Position numbers and translations under genes: made by a program
The notes under the pieces: generated by a model
Database searches by the model: none
What the model was told of the DNA's origin: nothing
Seen by the model: the letters and a program-made list of their open reading frames with translations, nothing else
Source: a virus
DNA: 64,000 nt
IMG/VR virus record: IMGVR_UViG_3300031521_000030
Coordinates: 1 to 64,000 of that record
Reading direction: 5' to 3' (one strand)
Shown here: piece after piece, positions 1 to 9,357 of the stretch
Layout of the letters: the number at the start of each line of letters is the position of its first letter
How positions within the stretch are numbered: the first letter of the stretch is position 1

Positions 1-2
1 AC

Positions 3-2636
3 CCTCTCGCCGAGGTCGTTGTTGTCTGCGATACGCCCCCCGCCAACGTGTGGGAGGCGGGCCAAGTCATGTCCGGCCAAGCCAGTCAACTCTTCGGGCG
101 TTATGCCGAGGCCAGCGGGTTCACAAAGGAGGACTTCGTATTTATTACACCCTGTCCCCCTATGCCGGACACTTGTTATGGCAGTGCCAAACGGGAAAAC
201 GCATTTATCTCCTCCTTCCAAGGGGAGTTTCGGCAAGCCCTCCAAGGGTTCGCCAATGCCAAGTTCGTCCTCTTCCTTGGGGCAACCGCCGGGCGGCAAA
301 CGCTCAACCGGCCAATCAAGATCACCAAGATACGGGGGCAAATAGCCAAGGACACCGCCTTGCTCCCCTGCCCGGCAATGGGCTTGCTATCCCCCGCGCA
401 CGTTTTGCGGCGGCCCGAGCTAACGGACATCTACGAGGCCGACTTCCGGCAATTGGCAATCCTCCGCGATGCGGATTGGGACATTGGGGTTTTGGACCAA
501 GCAACCAAAGTCGTGGACTATGAATGGTGCGTTGATATTTCTGAGCTTTTGGCCAACCCACCCAAGGTAATTTCTCTGGACATCGAGTATGTAACCCGAG
601 GCCGCAGATGGTATAGCGATAAAGTCAAGCTACTTATCCTGCAAATCTCATACAAGCCGGGGCATGCTTTGGTCATCCCCATGGACCCCAAGTATTGGCC
701 GCAACTAACCTACCGGCACCGGGCTATTTTACTGCAACAATTGCGGAAACTCTTTGGGGCCGAGTTAAACATCCCGGTCACAGGGTTCAACCTAAAGGGG
801 GATTTGCATGTCCTTCGCAAAGAGCGGATCGAGATTGCCAATTGGCTCCACGATTGCATCCAGCTTGTTTTCAGCACGGACGAAAACATGTTGACAAAAT
901 CCCTCTCCGAATCAACCCGGCGGTGGATTGCCGACATGGCGGGCTACTCGGACGCCTTCGATCAGGGGGTTGATAAGAACCACATGGACCGGGTGCCCCA
1001 CGCCGACATGCTTGCCTATTCCGGGGGGGACTCGGACGCCACGTTGCGGTTGACCCAATTGCTCGTCCGGGCGGTGCAAAGGGACACCCGGCAATGGAAC
1101 TGCTATAAGAAGGTCCAGATGCCCGCATTGCGGACGTTCTTTGAGATGGAGCAGATAGGGCTACGCATTGACAAGATGGCCCTCCGCGCATTGCAGGGGG
1201 CGTTGGCCATAGCGGAGAAGGAGCAATACTCCGAATTGATTAGCCAAGTCTCCCCCGCTATACGCCGGAAGCATATTGATGCGGGCAGCAAAGGACCGGG
1301 CACCGGGCTATCATTTTCGCGGGCGGACTTCACCATTGATTGCCTCTTCGGGCCGGACGGGCTCAAACTCAAGCCAAAGGTATTCACGGACTCGACCGCC
1401 AAGTTGCCACCGGAGGAGCGGGTGCCAAGCGTTAGCCTCAAGGACCACCTCCCCTACTTTGACAACCACACGTTCGTCGCCCAGCTAATTGAGTATCAGC
1501 AACTCCAAAGCATGCGGACCAAATACGTGGGGGCCGAGGGCGGGGTTTTGATCCCAACCCGCAAGAAGGACCAAGCCCCCGTCTACGGGGACCCCACCGG
1601 GTTTTGGAAATACTTTGAGGGGGACGATGATCGAATCCACCCATCCTTCCTATTGCATGGCACCGTCACGGGCCGGAGCAGTAGCCGGGAACCGAACGCG
1701 CAGAACTTTCCAAAGCGGGGCAAGCTGGCCAAGGCATTCCGCAAAATCTTCATCCCCACCGAGGGCTACCGATTCATTGAGGCGGATTTGAGTCAGGCGG
1801 AAATTCGCATTGCCGCGTGGATGGCAAACGAAACCTCCATGATCGAAATTTATGCCAATGGCGGGGACATCCATGAAGCCACGGCGGCGGCGGTTATGGG
1901 CATCCCCCTTGCCGAGTTCCAATCTTGGAAGCATAGCAAGAGCCCGGTGCCCCAGCAGTTCGCGGTTGCGGCCTCCATGGATTGTGGGACGTTGGAGAAA
2001 CTCTACAAACTCAAACGCTACCAAGCGAAGGCTGTGAATTTTGGGTTCCTTTACGGCATGGGTTGGCGGAAGTTCATGGCCTATGCCAAAACGGATTACG
2101 GTATCACCTTTACGGAGCAGGAAAGCCGGGCTATCCGGGAGAAGTTCTTTAGCCAATATGCCCGCCTCCCCGCATGGCATAAGGCGATGAGGGAGTTTGT
2201 TCAAAAGCATGGCTACGTCCGGGCCTTGCATGGCGCTCTCCGCAACCTCCCGAACATCCTTTCCCCGGATGAGTCCATCCAGCAGGATTGCGAACGCCAA
2301 GCCATCAACTCCCCGGTGCAGCGGTTTGCCAGTGACATCGGCCTTATGGGGATGAGCCGGTTTGGCCGGGATTGCGATTGGGACATTATGCGCCCGGTTG
2401 CGTTCATCCACGACGCCGTGGTGCTTGAGGCGAAGATTGGCCGGGAGGATGAAGCGGCGGGCTACCTGAAATGGTATATGCAAAGCACCCCGTTCAAGGA
2501 ATGGTTTGGCATTACGCCCCCAATCCCCATTGTGTCCGATGTCTCTATTGGGGACAGCCTCGCGGAAATGGAGGAACGCTCGGACATTGTTGCGACCATG
2601 CCGGAGTTTTTCCGCAAGGAACTCGACGCAGCTTAA
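3..2636 (+). CDS. polA: Family A DNA polymerase with N-terminal uracil-DNA-glycosylase-like domain and 3'-5' exonuclease (5' end outside the window)
   Basis: Exo I SLDIEY; palm motifs TGRSSSREPNAQN, EADLSQAEIR, DIH, KAVNFGFLYG, IHDA. The frame is open from base 3 (PLAEVVVVCDTPP...). Confidence 0.93.
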   Translation, partial: PLAEVVVVCDTPPANVWEAGQVMSGQASQLFGRYAEASGFTKEDFVFITPCPPMPDTCYGSAKRENAFISSFQGEFRQALQGFANAKFVLFLGATAGRQTLNRPIKITKIRGQIAKDTALLPCPAMGLLSPAHVLRRPELTDIYEADFRQLAILRDADWDIGVLDQATKVVDYEWCVDISELLANPPKVISLDIEYVTRGRRWYSDKVKLLILQISYKPGHALVIPMDPKYWPQLTYRHRAILLQQLRKLFGAELNIPVTGFNLKGDLHVLRKERIEIANWLHDCIQLVFSTDENMLTKSLSESTRRWIADMAGYSDAFDQGVDKNHMDRVPHADMLAYSGGDSDATLRLTQLLVRAVQRDTRQWNCYKKVQMPALRTFFEMEQIGLRIDKMALRALQGALAIAEKEQYSELISQVSPAIRRKHIDAGSKGPGTGLSFSRADFTIDCLFGPDGLKLKPKVFTDSTAKLPPEERVPSVSLKDHLPYFDNHTFVAQLIEYQQLQSMRTKYVGAEGGVLIPTRKKDQAPVYGDPTGFWKYFEGDDDRIHPSFLLHGTVTGRSSSREPNAQNFPKRGKLAKAFRKIFIPTEGYRFIEADLSQAEIRIAAWMANETSMIEIYANGGDIHEATAAAVMGIPLAEFQSWKHSKSPVPQQFAVAASMDCGTLEKLYKLKRYQAKAVNFGFLYGMGWRKFMAYAKTDYGITFTEQESRAIREKFFSQYARLPAWHKAMREFVQKHGYVRALHGALRNLPNILSPDESIQQDCERQAINSPVQRFASDIGLMGMSRFGRDCDWDIMRPVAFIHDAVVLEAKIGREDEAAGYLKWYMQSTPFKEWFGITPPIPIVSDVSIGDSLAEMEERSDIVATMPEFFRKELDAA

Positions 2637-2664
2637 CCTTTTCGGGGTAAACCCGAGAAAATTG

Positions 2665-2693
2665 TTGCCAATGGAACGGTTAAACGCTAGGTT
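2665..2693 (+). promoter_or_regulatory. Conserved phage promoter
   Basis: TTGCCA-17-TAGGTT with GGTTAA in the spacer. Confidence 0.8.
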
Positions 2694-2760
2694 CAGCACG
2701 CTCCATTGAGCAACCAACAAAAACCAACGAATAAAACGGCCAAAGGCCACACAAAATATC

Positions 2761-3201
2761 ATGGCAAGTCAGAATGTTACCCGTCAACGCACCCGCTCGG
2801 TCGAAGTTACTGAAACCGCCGGGGCGGTCCCCGTTGAAATCCGCAACCTCGCCAAAGAGGTGTTCGTCCAGAACAATGCGGCCAACGAGGCCAAAGGTCT
2901 GCACGACAAGGCACGCAAGTCCTTGCTCGGCAAAATGAAGGACACGGCCATCAAGGCGTTCACCTTCCAGTTCACCGGCAAAGATGGCAAACGCCTCTCC
3001 GTTGACGTTAAGATTGCAACCCCGGAGGTCAACTACATCGACGTTGAAACCCTCCGCAAGTTGGTCACCCCCGAGCAGTTCATCAAGATTGTTACCGCCT
3101 CAAAGGCTGCCGTGGAGGCCGAGGTTGGCTCCGTCATTGCTACTCAGGCATCCCGCACCAAGGCGGGCACGGAAAACGTGAGCGTCAAAGCTGCTCGTTG
3201 A
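2761..3201 (+). CDS. Hypothetical protein with N-terminal RQRTR tag
   Basis: Clean ORF behind a conserved promoter and an A/C-rich leader. Confidence 0.75.
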   Translation: MASQNVTRQRTRSVEVTETAGAVPVEIRNLAKEVFVQNNAANEAKGLHDKARKSLLGKMKDTAIKAFTFQFTGKDGKRLSVDVKIATPEVNYIDVETLRKLVTPEQFIKIVTASKAAVEAEVGSVIATQASRTKAGTENVSVKAAR

Positions 3202-3226
3202 CAAAAAGTTAAGGTCGCAATATAGT
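3198..3226 (+). promoter_or_regulatory. Consensus sigma70 promoter, leaderless geometry, for the HNH gene
   Basis: TTGACA-17-TATAGT, ATG 6 nt downstream. Confidence 0.7.
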
Positions 3227-3232
3227 TTTGGC

Positions 3233-3826
3233 ATGAACCTAGAACTCCCAAAGAGCGTGGCCATGCCGAAACTCCCCCGCCGGATGCCAACTTTTAAGGA
3301 CCACACCGGCCAAACCTTTGGGATGCTGCTCGTCCTAGAATACTCCGGGGTGCACTCCAAAGGGGCTGCCTACTGGAAATGCCAATGTGTTTGTGGAACC
3401 GTTGGGTATGTGATTGGGTCGGACCTCCGGCGGGGGCATACGGATTCCTGCGGTTGTCAAAAGGCGGCCAAGGTTTCTAGGTCGCGCACAACCCATGGTG
3501 CATACCGCACGCCCGAATATAGCATTTGGTGTGGCATGATTGGCCGGTGTGAAAATAAAAAAGGGGAACGCTATTACGCTTACGGCGGTCGGGGGATTAC
3601 AGTATGCCAACGGTGGCGAACCTCCTTCGACGATTTCCTCCAAGATATGGGGCAAAGGCCACCCGGTAAATCCCTCGACCGACGAGATAACGATGGCAAT
3701 TATGAACCAGAGAATTGCCGGTGGGCCACCCCAAAAGAGCAAGCCAACAACCGAAGAAAGTATGGGACGGGTAAAAAACTGCAACATGTTGCAGTAATGG
3801 CTCGGGTAAGAACACGAAATTTATAA
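3233..3826 (+). CDS. HNH-type homing endonuclease
   Basis: GQTFGMLLV, WKCQCVCG, SCGC, YGGRGITVCQRW, SLDRRDNDGNYEPENCRWAT. Confidence 0.88.
   Translation: MNLELPKSVAMPKLPRRMPTFKDHTGQTFGMLLVLEYSGVHSKGAAYWKCQCVCGTVGYVIGSDLRRGHTDSCGCQKAAKVSRSRTTHGAYRTPEYSIWCGMIGRCENKKGERYYAYGGRGITVCQRWRTSFDDFLQDMGQRPPGKSLDRRDNDGNYEPENCRWATPKEQANNRRKYGTGKKLQHVAVMARVRTRNL
3780..3793. repeat. 14-bp palindrome, site 1
   Basis: TGCAACATGTTGCA, in HNH CDS. Confidence 0.9.
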
Positions 3827-4398
3827 TATGAGTAAGCCACCCGACAAGAAGGACATCCCCAGCCTATCAGGCCCGACCGGCAAGTTGCCAAAGGGTTGGG
3901 GCACCAAGGAAGTCCAAAACGGCACCCACACGCTAACCATTGTCACCTCCCCCGGAAACTTTGAATGGCAGGTCGGCAAGCTGGCCCGCAACCGTGGCCG
4001 GATGCAGTTTTCGCCTTGGAATTTCAAGGGCTCGCCGGTAAGCATTGTTGCCCGGCCATGAGCGCACCCATATTTGAACGGGCGGCCCGCGATGCCATTA
4101 TTGCCCGCTATGCTGGAATCCTCCTTTCGCACGGGGTTGGTGGCTGCACTTTGCTCCACCTTGTCCATAAGCACGCCGACGAATACATCGTCGATGCCCT
4201 GCAATGGGCGGCCTATGAGCACCTCGTTATCAATGGCACGGGGGAAGGCCCCGAACCTTTAGGGTTAGGCTTCCTCGCCCCCAAGCGGAAGGAGATGCCC
4301 TACCTTCCATCAACCCAGAATACGGCGAAGCCATGGGAGTCCCAAGGCCATGTCCCTTTCTACCGCAATTTCTCAAAAACCAGCCGAAAGCACCGCAG

Positions 4399-5412
4399 AT
4401 GAACGAAGCCCCTTTACGCGAATTGCTTGGCGAATTAAATGTCGATGTCGTCCAGACGAACGCCAACGGATGGCTCCTTGCATTCTGTCCCTTTGCCGAA
4501 TGGCTCCATAACAGTGGCCAAGACCGCAACCCCGATTTTTATGTCCGCGTGGAGCCCACGGGAATTTCCGGGTTCCACTGTTTCGCATGCAAAACCCACG
4601 GGCGCATGTCAACCCTCGTCCGCAAGTTGGAGTATTACCGGCAGGAAAAATACCGGGGGCTGGCCGTCAAAGCCGACCTCATGGAAACCCCGGACGAGTT
4701 CCCACCCTATGAGCACGACTCGGCAATCCAAGTGGAGCCGGACCCGCTCAATAAAGCGGCCTACCTTGGGATGTATCCCTTGGCATGGGAGGATGAGTGG
4801 AGCCGCAAATACCTCGCCGGGCGGGGCGTTGGCAAGGCAACCGCTGAACTCCTTGGCCTCGTCTATGACGATGACGAATGCCGCATCCTCTTCCCCGTCC
4901 TCAACCACAAGAGCGACCTATTTGGGTTCACCGGACGCACCATATTAGAGAAGCACCAATTCCCCTTCCCCCGCTACCCCAAGGTCCGAGATTACGCGGG
5001 GTTGCCAAAGGAGAGGCTCATCCTTGGAGAGCAGTTAATTGAAAAGGGCAAGCCCTTGCTCTTGGTGGAGGGGCTCTTTGCCTTGGCCCACATGATTGAG
5101 ATTGGTGCGCGGGAGTTTTGCAACCCGGTGGCCACCATGGGCTCAAACATGAGCAAATACCAACGGGACATCCTCATAAGCTACAACGCCCCCATCCACC
5201 TCCTTTATGACAATGATGAGGCGGGGGAGCTTGGCTTATTTGGCCCAATGAATGCGGAAGGGGAACGCATGGGCGGGGGCGCATGGGATAAGGTCCATGA
5301 GCATGTCCCAACCTTCCTGCCGCTCTACCCCGAGGGTATCAACGACCCGGACAACCTAACAACCGAGATGCTGCAAGAGATGCTCTTTTCGGATGATAGC
5401 CTTGCCAATTAA
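4399..5412 (+). CDS. DNA primase (zinc-binding domain + TOPRIM)
   Basis: CPF..H...CFAC zinc finger, ILFPV, LVEGLF, YDNDEAG, DPD. Confidence 0.88.
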   Translation: MNEAPLRELLGELNVDVVQTNANGWLLAFCPFAEWLHNSGQDRNPDFYVRVEPTGISGFHCFACKTHGRMSTLVRKLEYYRQEKYRGLAVKADLMETPDEFPPYEHDSAIQVEPDPLNKAAYLGMYPLAWEDEWSRKYLAGRGVGKATAELLGLVYDDDECRILFPVLNHKSDLFGFTGRTILEKHQFPFPRYPKVRDYAGLPKERLILGEQLIEKGKPLLLVEGLFALAHMIEIGAREFCNPVATMGSNMSKYQRDILISYNAPIHLLYDNDEAGELGLFGPMNAEGERMGGGAWDKVHEHVPTFLPLYPEGINDPDNLTTEMLQEMLFSDDSLAN

Positions 5413-5430
5413 AGGGTTAAACCATAGCAT
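5402..5430 (+). promoter_or_regulatory. Conserved phage promoter
   Basis: TTGCCA-17-TAGCAT. Confidence 0.8.
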
Positions 5431-5439
5431 CCCAGCCCT

Positions 5440-6012
5440 ATGGATGACGAACTGATTAAGTATGCCCTTGGCGAGTTTGCTGCGGGCCGGGGGGTTGAGA
5501 TGAGCGTCCCAACCGACACGGGCCTACGCCGGTTGGTCCTTATCCCATCGGTCCTCTATAAAGCATCCACCGTCATAGAATTGCTCATAGCCTTTGAAGG
5601 GGCCGGGGTCTTTTTTTATGATGGCTCTTTCCCCCTGAATGCCTTTAAATTGATTTCGCATGGATTCCCTTATGCCGTAGCTGAACAAGTTGCGGAACTC
5701 ATCCGGGCGCTCATGCCTTGCCGCGATAGACGGCGAACACCGCTCCTATTAGGAGCACCAACCAAAAACAAAACGGGCAAAAAGCCCAGCCAACCAAAGA
5801 AAGCAAAGTCGAATGACAACTCAGCAGCAGCCAGTAAGGTCCCGCCGTCCACTCGCCCCCGCACCCGCCGGGGCAACACAGCAGCAAGCCCCCGCAAGCC
5901 AAAACGGATCAGCCGGATGGTTAAAGAGGGGCGGAAGCATCTTGAACGAGGCGGACAAGGTAGGGGAGCAAAAGGCCAAACAGGCCGAAATGCGAAAGGC
6001 GGGCCTCGGTAA
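5440..6012 (+). CDS. Hypothetical protein; 3' part overlaps the SSB gene
   Basis: ATG behind a conserved promoter; first ~100 aa look globular. Confidence 0.5.
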   Translation: MDDELIKYALGEFAAGRGVEMSVPTDTGLRRLVLIPSVLYKASTVIELLIAFEGAGVFFYDGSFPLNAFKLISHGFPYAVAEQVAELIRALMPCRDRRRTPLLLGAPTKNKTGKKPSQPKKAKSNDNSAAASKVPPSTRPRTRRGNTAASPRKPKRISRMVKEGRKHLERGGQGRGAKGQTGRNAKGGPR

Positions 6013-6901
6013 CCTCTTCCGGTTCCGGGTCAAAACCGGGGAGATGCGGGAGATCATTATCCTTGATGCGTCCATCAATAACGGGGTGGGCTTTTACGAG
6101 CATAACCTCCAAATTGACGGGCGTTGGGGCCACTTTGAGCCCTGCGTCAAGGAAATGGACAACTGCCCATTGTGCGAAAAATACGGCGAAAGCACCTACG
6201 TCGTTATGCTTTCGTGCTTGGACATCTCAGGCTACACCAAGAAGGGCGATGGCGGCCAGCCGGGCGAGTTCATCCCACAGAGCCGAATGCTCCTTGCTAT
6301 CAAGCAGGGCGGCCTCGGCAAGTTCAAGGACCTTGAAGCGTCCGCAATTGCGCAAGGGAAGACATTGCGCGGCATGTATCTCCGCATGAAGCGGGGGGCA
6401 GATGGCCAGTCCGCTAATACGGGCGAACCCTCTATGATCCCGGAACTCGGCGGGGTGTTGTTTGACATCGTGCCGGAAGCCGAGATCATTGCAACCTATG
6501 GCCACCCGGCCATTATGGGCCGCGACGGTCACACGGTTATCAAGTCGCCCAATGCCGACATCACCGCAATTGATTACGAGCGGGTGTTCCCAATGCCGGA
6601 TGTCAATGAACTGCGCAAGCGGTTCGGCATCCCACCGCAAGCGGGCAGCAGCCAGCAGGTGGAGCAGTATTTGGAGGGCCAAGCAGGGGCCGAGGGGGCA
6701 CAAGCTCCGGGCGTTCCCCGCCGGGCGCTCCGTGGGGGCACCAACCCGCAACAGCAACATCAAGCCCCGGTTCAACCGGCCCCCGGCGGCACCCGCACGC
6801 GGGTTCGTGGGGTCCCGGCGGCCCAGCCAGTGGCCCAACCGGCAGCGGAGGACCACATCCCTATGGGCGGCGAAAGTGACCCATTTGGTGGGGAGCAATA
6901 A
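5813..6901 (+). CDS. Single-stranded DNA-binding protein (gp32-like)
   Basis: H...C..CPLC metal site, low-complexity linker, acidic/aromatic tail ESDPFGGEQ, position between primase and helicase. Confidence 0.7.
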   Translation: MTTQQQPVRSRRPLAPAPAGATQQQAPASQNGSAGWLKRGGSILNEADKVGEQKAKQAEMRKAGLGNLFRFRVKTGEMREIIILDASINNGVGFYEHNLQIDGRWGHFEPCVKEMDNCPLCEKYGESTYVVMLSCLDISGYTKKGDGGQPGEFIPQSRMLLAIKQGGLGKFKDLEASAIAQGKTLRGMYLRMKRGADGQSANTGEPSMIPELGGVLFDIVPEAEIIATYGHPAIMGRDGHTVIKSPNADITAIDYERVFPMPDVNELRKRFGIPPQAGSSQQVEQYLEGQAGAEGAQAPGVPRRALRGGTNPQQQHQAPVQPAPGGTRTRVRGVPAAQPVAQPAAEDHIPMGGESDPFGGEQ

Positions 6902-6922
6902 GACGACAACCTCCCAAGCATA

Positions 6923-8413
6923 ATGACAACCTCGCCTTACAGATGTTCGCTTGAGTCCATGATTTGGCTGCCTATTGGGTGGTTCAACAGGGGGCTCGCC
7001 GATGACTTGATGGCGAGGTTGACCATTATGCCGAAGGAGTTCAGCACATTCCGACCACCCGCCAAGGAAGACACCGATGGCGAGGAAGAGGAAGACACGG
7101 GGCCTCAACCGATCAAAACCTACGTCCTTGACCGGGCGCGGGGGGCGGTTGGGGTCCCAATTCACTTCGGCCTTGAGTGGCTCAAGCGGTGCAACAAGTT
7201 GCAGTATTTGGACTATGGCACCTGCAATGGCCGCTCTATCACCGTCACCCAATTCCCAAGCCCCTACCACCCCAAGGTCAAGGAGCCCGCCAAGCAAGCG
7301 AAGTTCATGGAGGACATCCTCCGGGAGTTGCCTATGCGCGGGACCATGCTCGCCGAGGCCGACACGGGCACAGGCAAGACCGTAGTTGCCCTCAACACCA
7401 TTGGACGGCTCGGGCGCTCTGCTTTGGTTATCGTCCCCTCCAAGCGGCTTGTGAAGCAATGGAAGGAGGAGGCAACATTGCACCTCGGTTTGCCCCCGGA
7501 CGCCATAGGCACCGTCATGTCCGGGAAGGCCAAATATAAAGGCAAGGCAATCACGATTTGCCTCGTCCACAATTTGAAGCCGGGCAAGTGGCCCGCTGAT
7601 TTTTATGAGAGCTTTGGGACGGTCGTATGGGATGAGGCCCATAGGCTAGGAGCCCGCTCATTCGCGCACAGCATGCGCCAGTTCCCCGCCAAGTATAAGC
7701 TGGCTATGACGGCAACCCCCGACCGCAAGGATGGCTGTGAGAAGTTGTTCTTGGACTACTTTGGCCCCCCGGCGGTTGCGAGTGAGGCCGAGGCGTTGGC
7801 TTGCGATTGCTTTGTCCTCAACTACCGCCGCAAGCGCAAAAAACTGCCGGGCACCCTTGGCCTGTCAACCATGCTCTCCCTCATTGCATTGGACTCGGAT
7901 AGGAACAAGATGATTGTGGGGGATGTCATTTGCCCCCTCTATGAGCAAGGCCGCTACACGCTGGTTATTGGCGACCGGGTTGGCCACCTCCAAGCCCTTA
8001 TGGTCATGTGCATCCAAGCGGGCATCCCGGAGGAGGACCTCGGCCTATTCGTCTCGGCCTATGAAACCGAGTCATTGGAGGAGCAACCAAACGGCAAAAC
8101 GAAGAAGGTCATTCGCAAGGTTGCCTTTAAGGACGAGCATTTGGACCATGTAAAAGCCCATGCAACCATCATATTCGCCACGTATGGCATGATGAAGGAA
8201 GGAATAGACATTCCTCGTCTTGACTCCGGGGTTGATGTGACCCCAAGATCAGAGGGTGAGCAAGTCATTGGACGAATCCGACGCCCATACCCGGACAAGC
8301 CCCGCCCCGTTTGGTTTACCATCCGGGACATTGGGAACGCCAAAATGGTGCGATCCTGCGCTTCCCGGTTGGGGGATTACGGCCAATGCAATGTAACAAT
8401 CATCGACCAGTAA
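6923..8413 (+). CDS. Superfamily 2 DEAH helicase
   Basis: DTGTGKT, WDEAH, TATP, EGIDIP, QVIGRIRR. Confidence 0.92.
   Translation: MTTSPYRCSLESMIWLPIGWFNRGLADDLMARLTIMPKEFSTFRPPAKEDTDGEEEEDTGPQPIKTYVLDRARGAVGVPIHFGLEWLKRCNKLQYLDYGTCNGRSITVTQFPSPYHPKVKEPAKQAKFMEDILRELPMRGTMLAEADTGTGKTVVALNTIGRLGRSALVIVPSKRLVKQWKEEATLHLGLPPDAIGTVMSGKAKYKGKAITICLVHNLKPGKWPADFYESFGTVVWDEAHRLGARSFAHSMRQFPAKYKLAMTATPDRKDGCEKLFLDYFGPPAVASEAEALACDCFVLNYRRKRKKLPGTLGLSTMLSLIALDSDRNKMIVGDVICPLYEQGRYTLVIGDRVGHLQALMVMCIQAGIPEEDLGLFVSAYETESLEEQPNGKTKKVIRKVAFKDEHLDHVKAHATIIFATYGMMKEGIDIPRLDSGVDVTPRSEGEQVIGRIRRPYPDKPRPVWFTIRDIGNAKMVRSCASRLGDYGQCNVTIIDQ
7190..7203. repeat. 14-bp palindrome, site 2
   Basis: TGCAACAAGTTGCA, in helicase CDS. 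Confidence 0.9.
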
Positions 8414-8424
8414 AATTTAAGACC

Positions 8425-8928
8425 ATGAGCACGACGCAAGACCCAAACCAGCAAGCGAAAAAGGACATCCGAAACAAGAAGCGGCGGGAGCAGTATGCTA
8501 AAGACCCCACCTACCAAAAGGAGGTCCGGGCAAGCAACCGCACCCAATACCGTGCGCGGGTTGGAGTAGCCCCTCGCTCATGTGCGGGCAACATTGCAAC
8601 CCTCGCCTCATTTGGCCAAGTCCGGGAGGTGATTCTCGGGCGCAAGAAGGAGCAGCGGCTAACCCTTACGGTGCAAGAGTTTGCAACCGCCATCGAATAC
8701 CACCGCTGGGTCCTCTACCGTTGGCACAGCCGGGGCCAGTTCCCCAAGCCAACCATCCTCCTAGAAGGGCATAAAAAAGGGGCATCCGGTTCCTACGTTT
8801 ACACCCTCCCACAAGCCACCCGGCTCATCACCACTTTGGCCGCCCACCAAGCCGCCAAGATGCACTTTCAGCAAACCGACACGGCAACAATTGAGCAACT
8901 CAATGCCGACATGAAGGGCGAAATTTAA
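8425..8928 (+). CDS. Putative winged-helix (excisionase/MerR-like) DNA-binding protein
   Basis: LTVQEFATAIEYHRWVLYRWHSRGQFPKP. Confidence 0.55.
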   Translation: MSTTQDPNQQAKKDIRNKKRREQYAKDPTYQKEVRASNRTQYRARVGVAPRSCAGNIATLASFGQVREVILGRKKEQRLTLTVQEFATAIEYHRWVLYRWHSRGQFPKPTILLEGHKKGASGSYVYTLPQATRLITTLAAHQAAKMHFQQTDTATIEQLNADMKGEI

Positions 8929-8955
8929 GCCCCACCAACCAACCAAAGAACACCC

Positions 8956-9336
8956 ATGCCAACAACTATCCCGCCAACCACGGCACGAACCAGAACAAGG
9001 GCCACCGGGTCCATATCCACCTCCCGCGAAACAACGATGTCCGGGGTTGTCATGGATCAGGTGGATAACACCGACCGGGTGGACGCCGGGCTCCTTGAGA
9101 ATTGCCCGCACCCGGCCTATGTCACCGTGAAAGGGGGCCTGACCAAAACCACCCCCATCAAGTTTGAATCCGTCCGCGTGGACGTTTCAATCTGCATGCC
9201 TTGCCTCCCAACCGATGCGGCTATTGAGGAAACCTACACCCATATTTCCGGGACGGTTGACGACCTCATTAACCGGGAACTCGGCGTTGCCCTTGGCATC
9301 CAAACCGGGGCCACGGATCAATTGCCCGTCATCTAA
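8956..9336 (+). CDS. Hypothetical protein with N-terminal RTRTR tag
   Basis: ORF in operon context. Confidence 0.7.
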   Translation: MPTTIPPTTARTRTRATGSISTSRETTMSGVVMDQVDNTDRVDAGLLENCPHPAYVTVKGGLTKTTPIKFESVRVDVSICMPCLPTDAAIEETYTHISGTVDDLINRELGVALGIQTGATDQLPVI

Positions 9337-9357
9337 CCCTCACCCCCTTTTCCAACC

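Noticed and set aside
733-8597. Partial palindrome matches at about 733, 5682 and 8588
   Set aside because: Each needs an indel or several mismatches; left out of the count and spacing.
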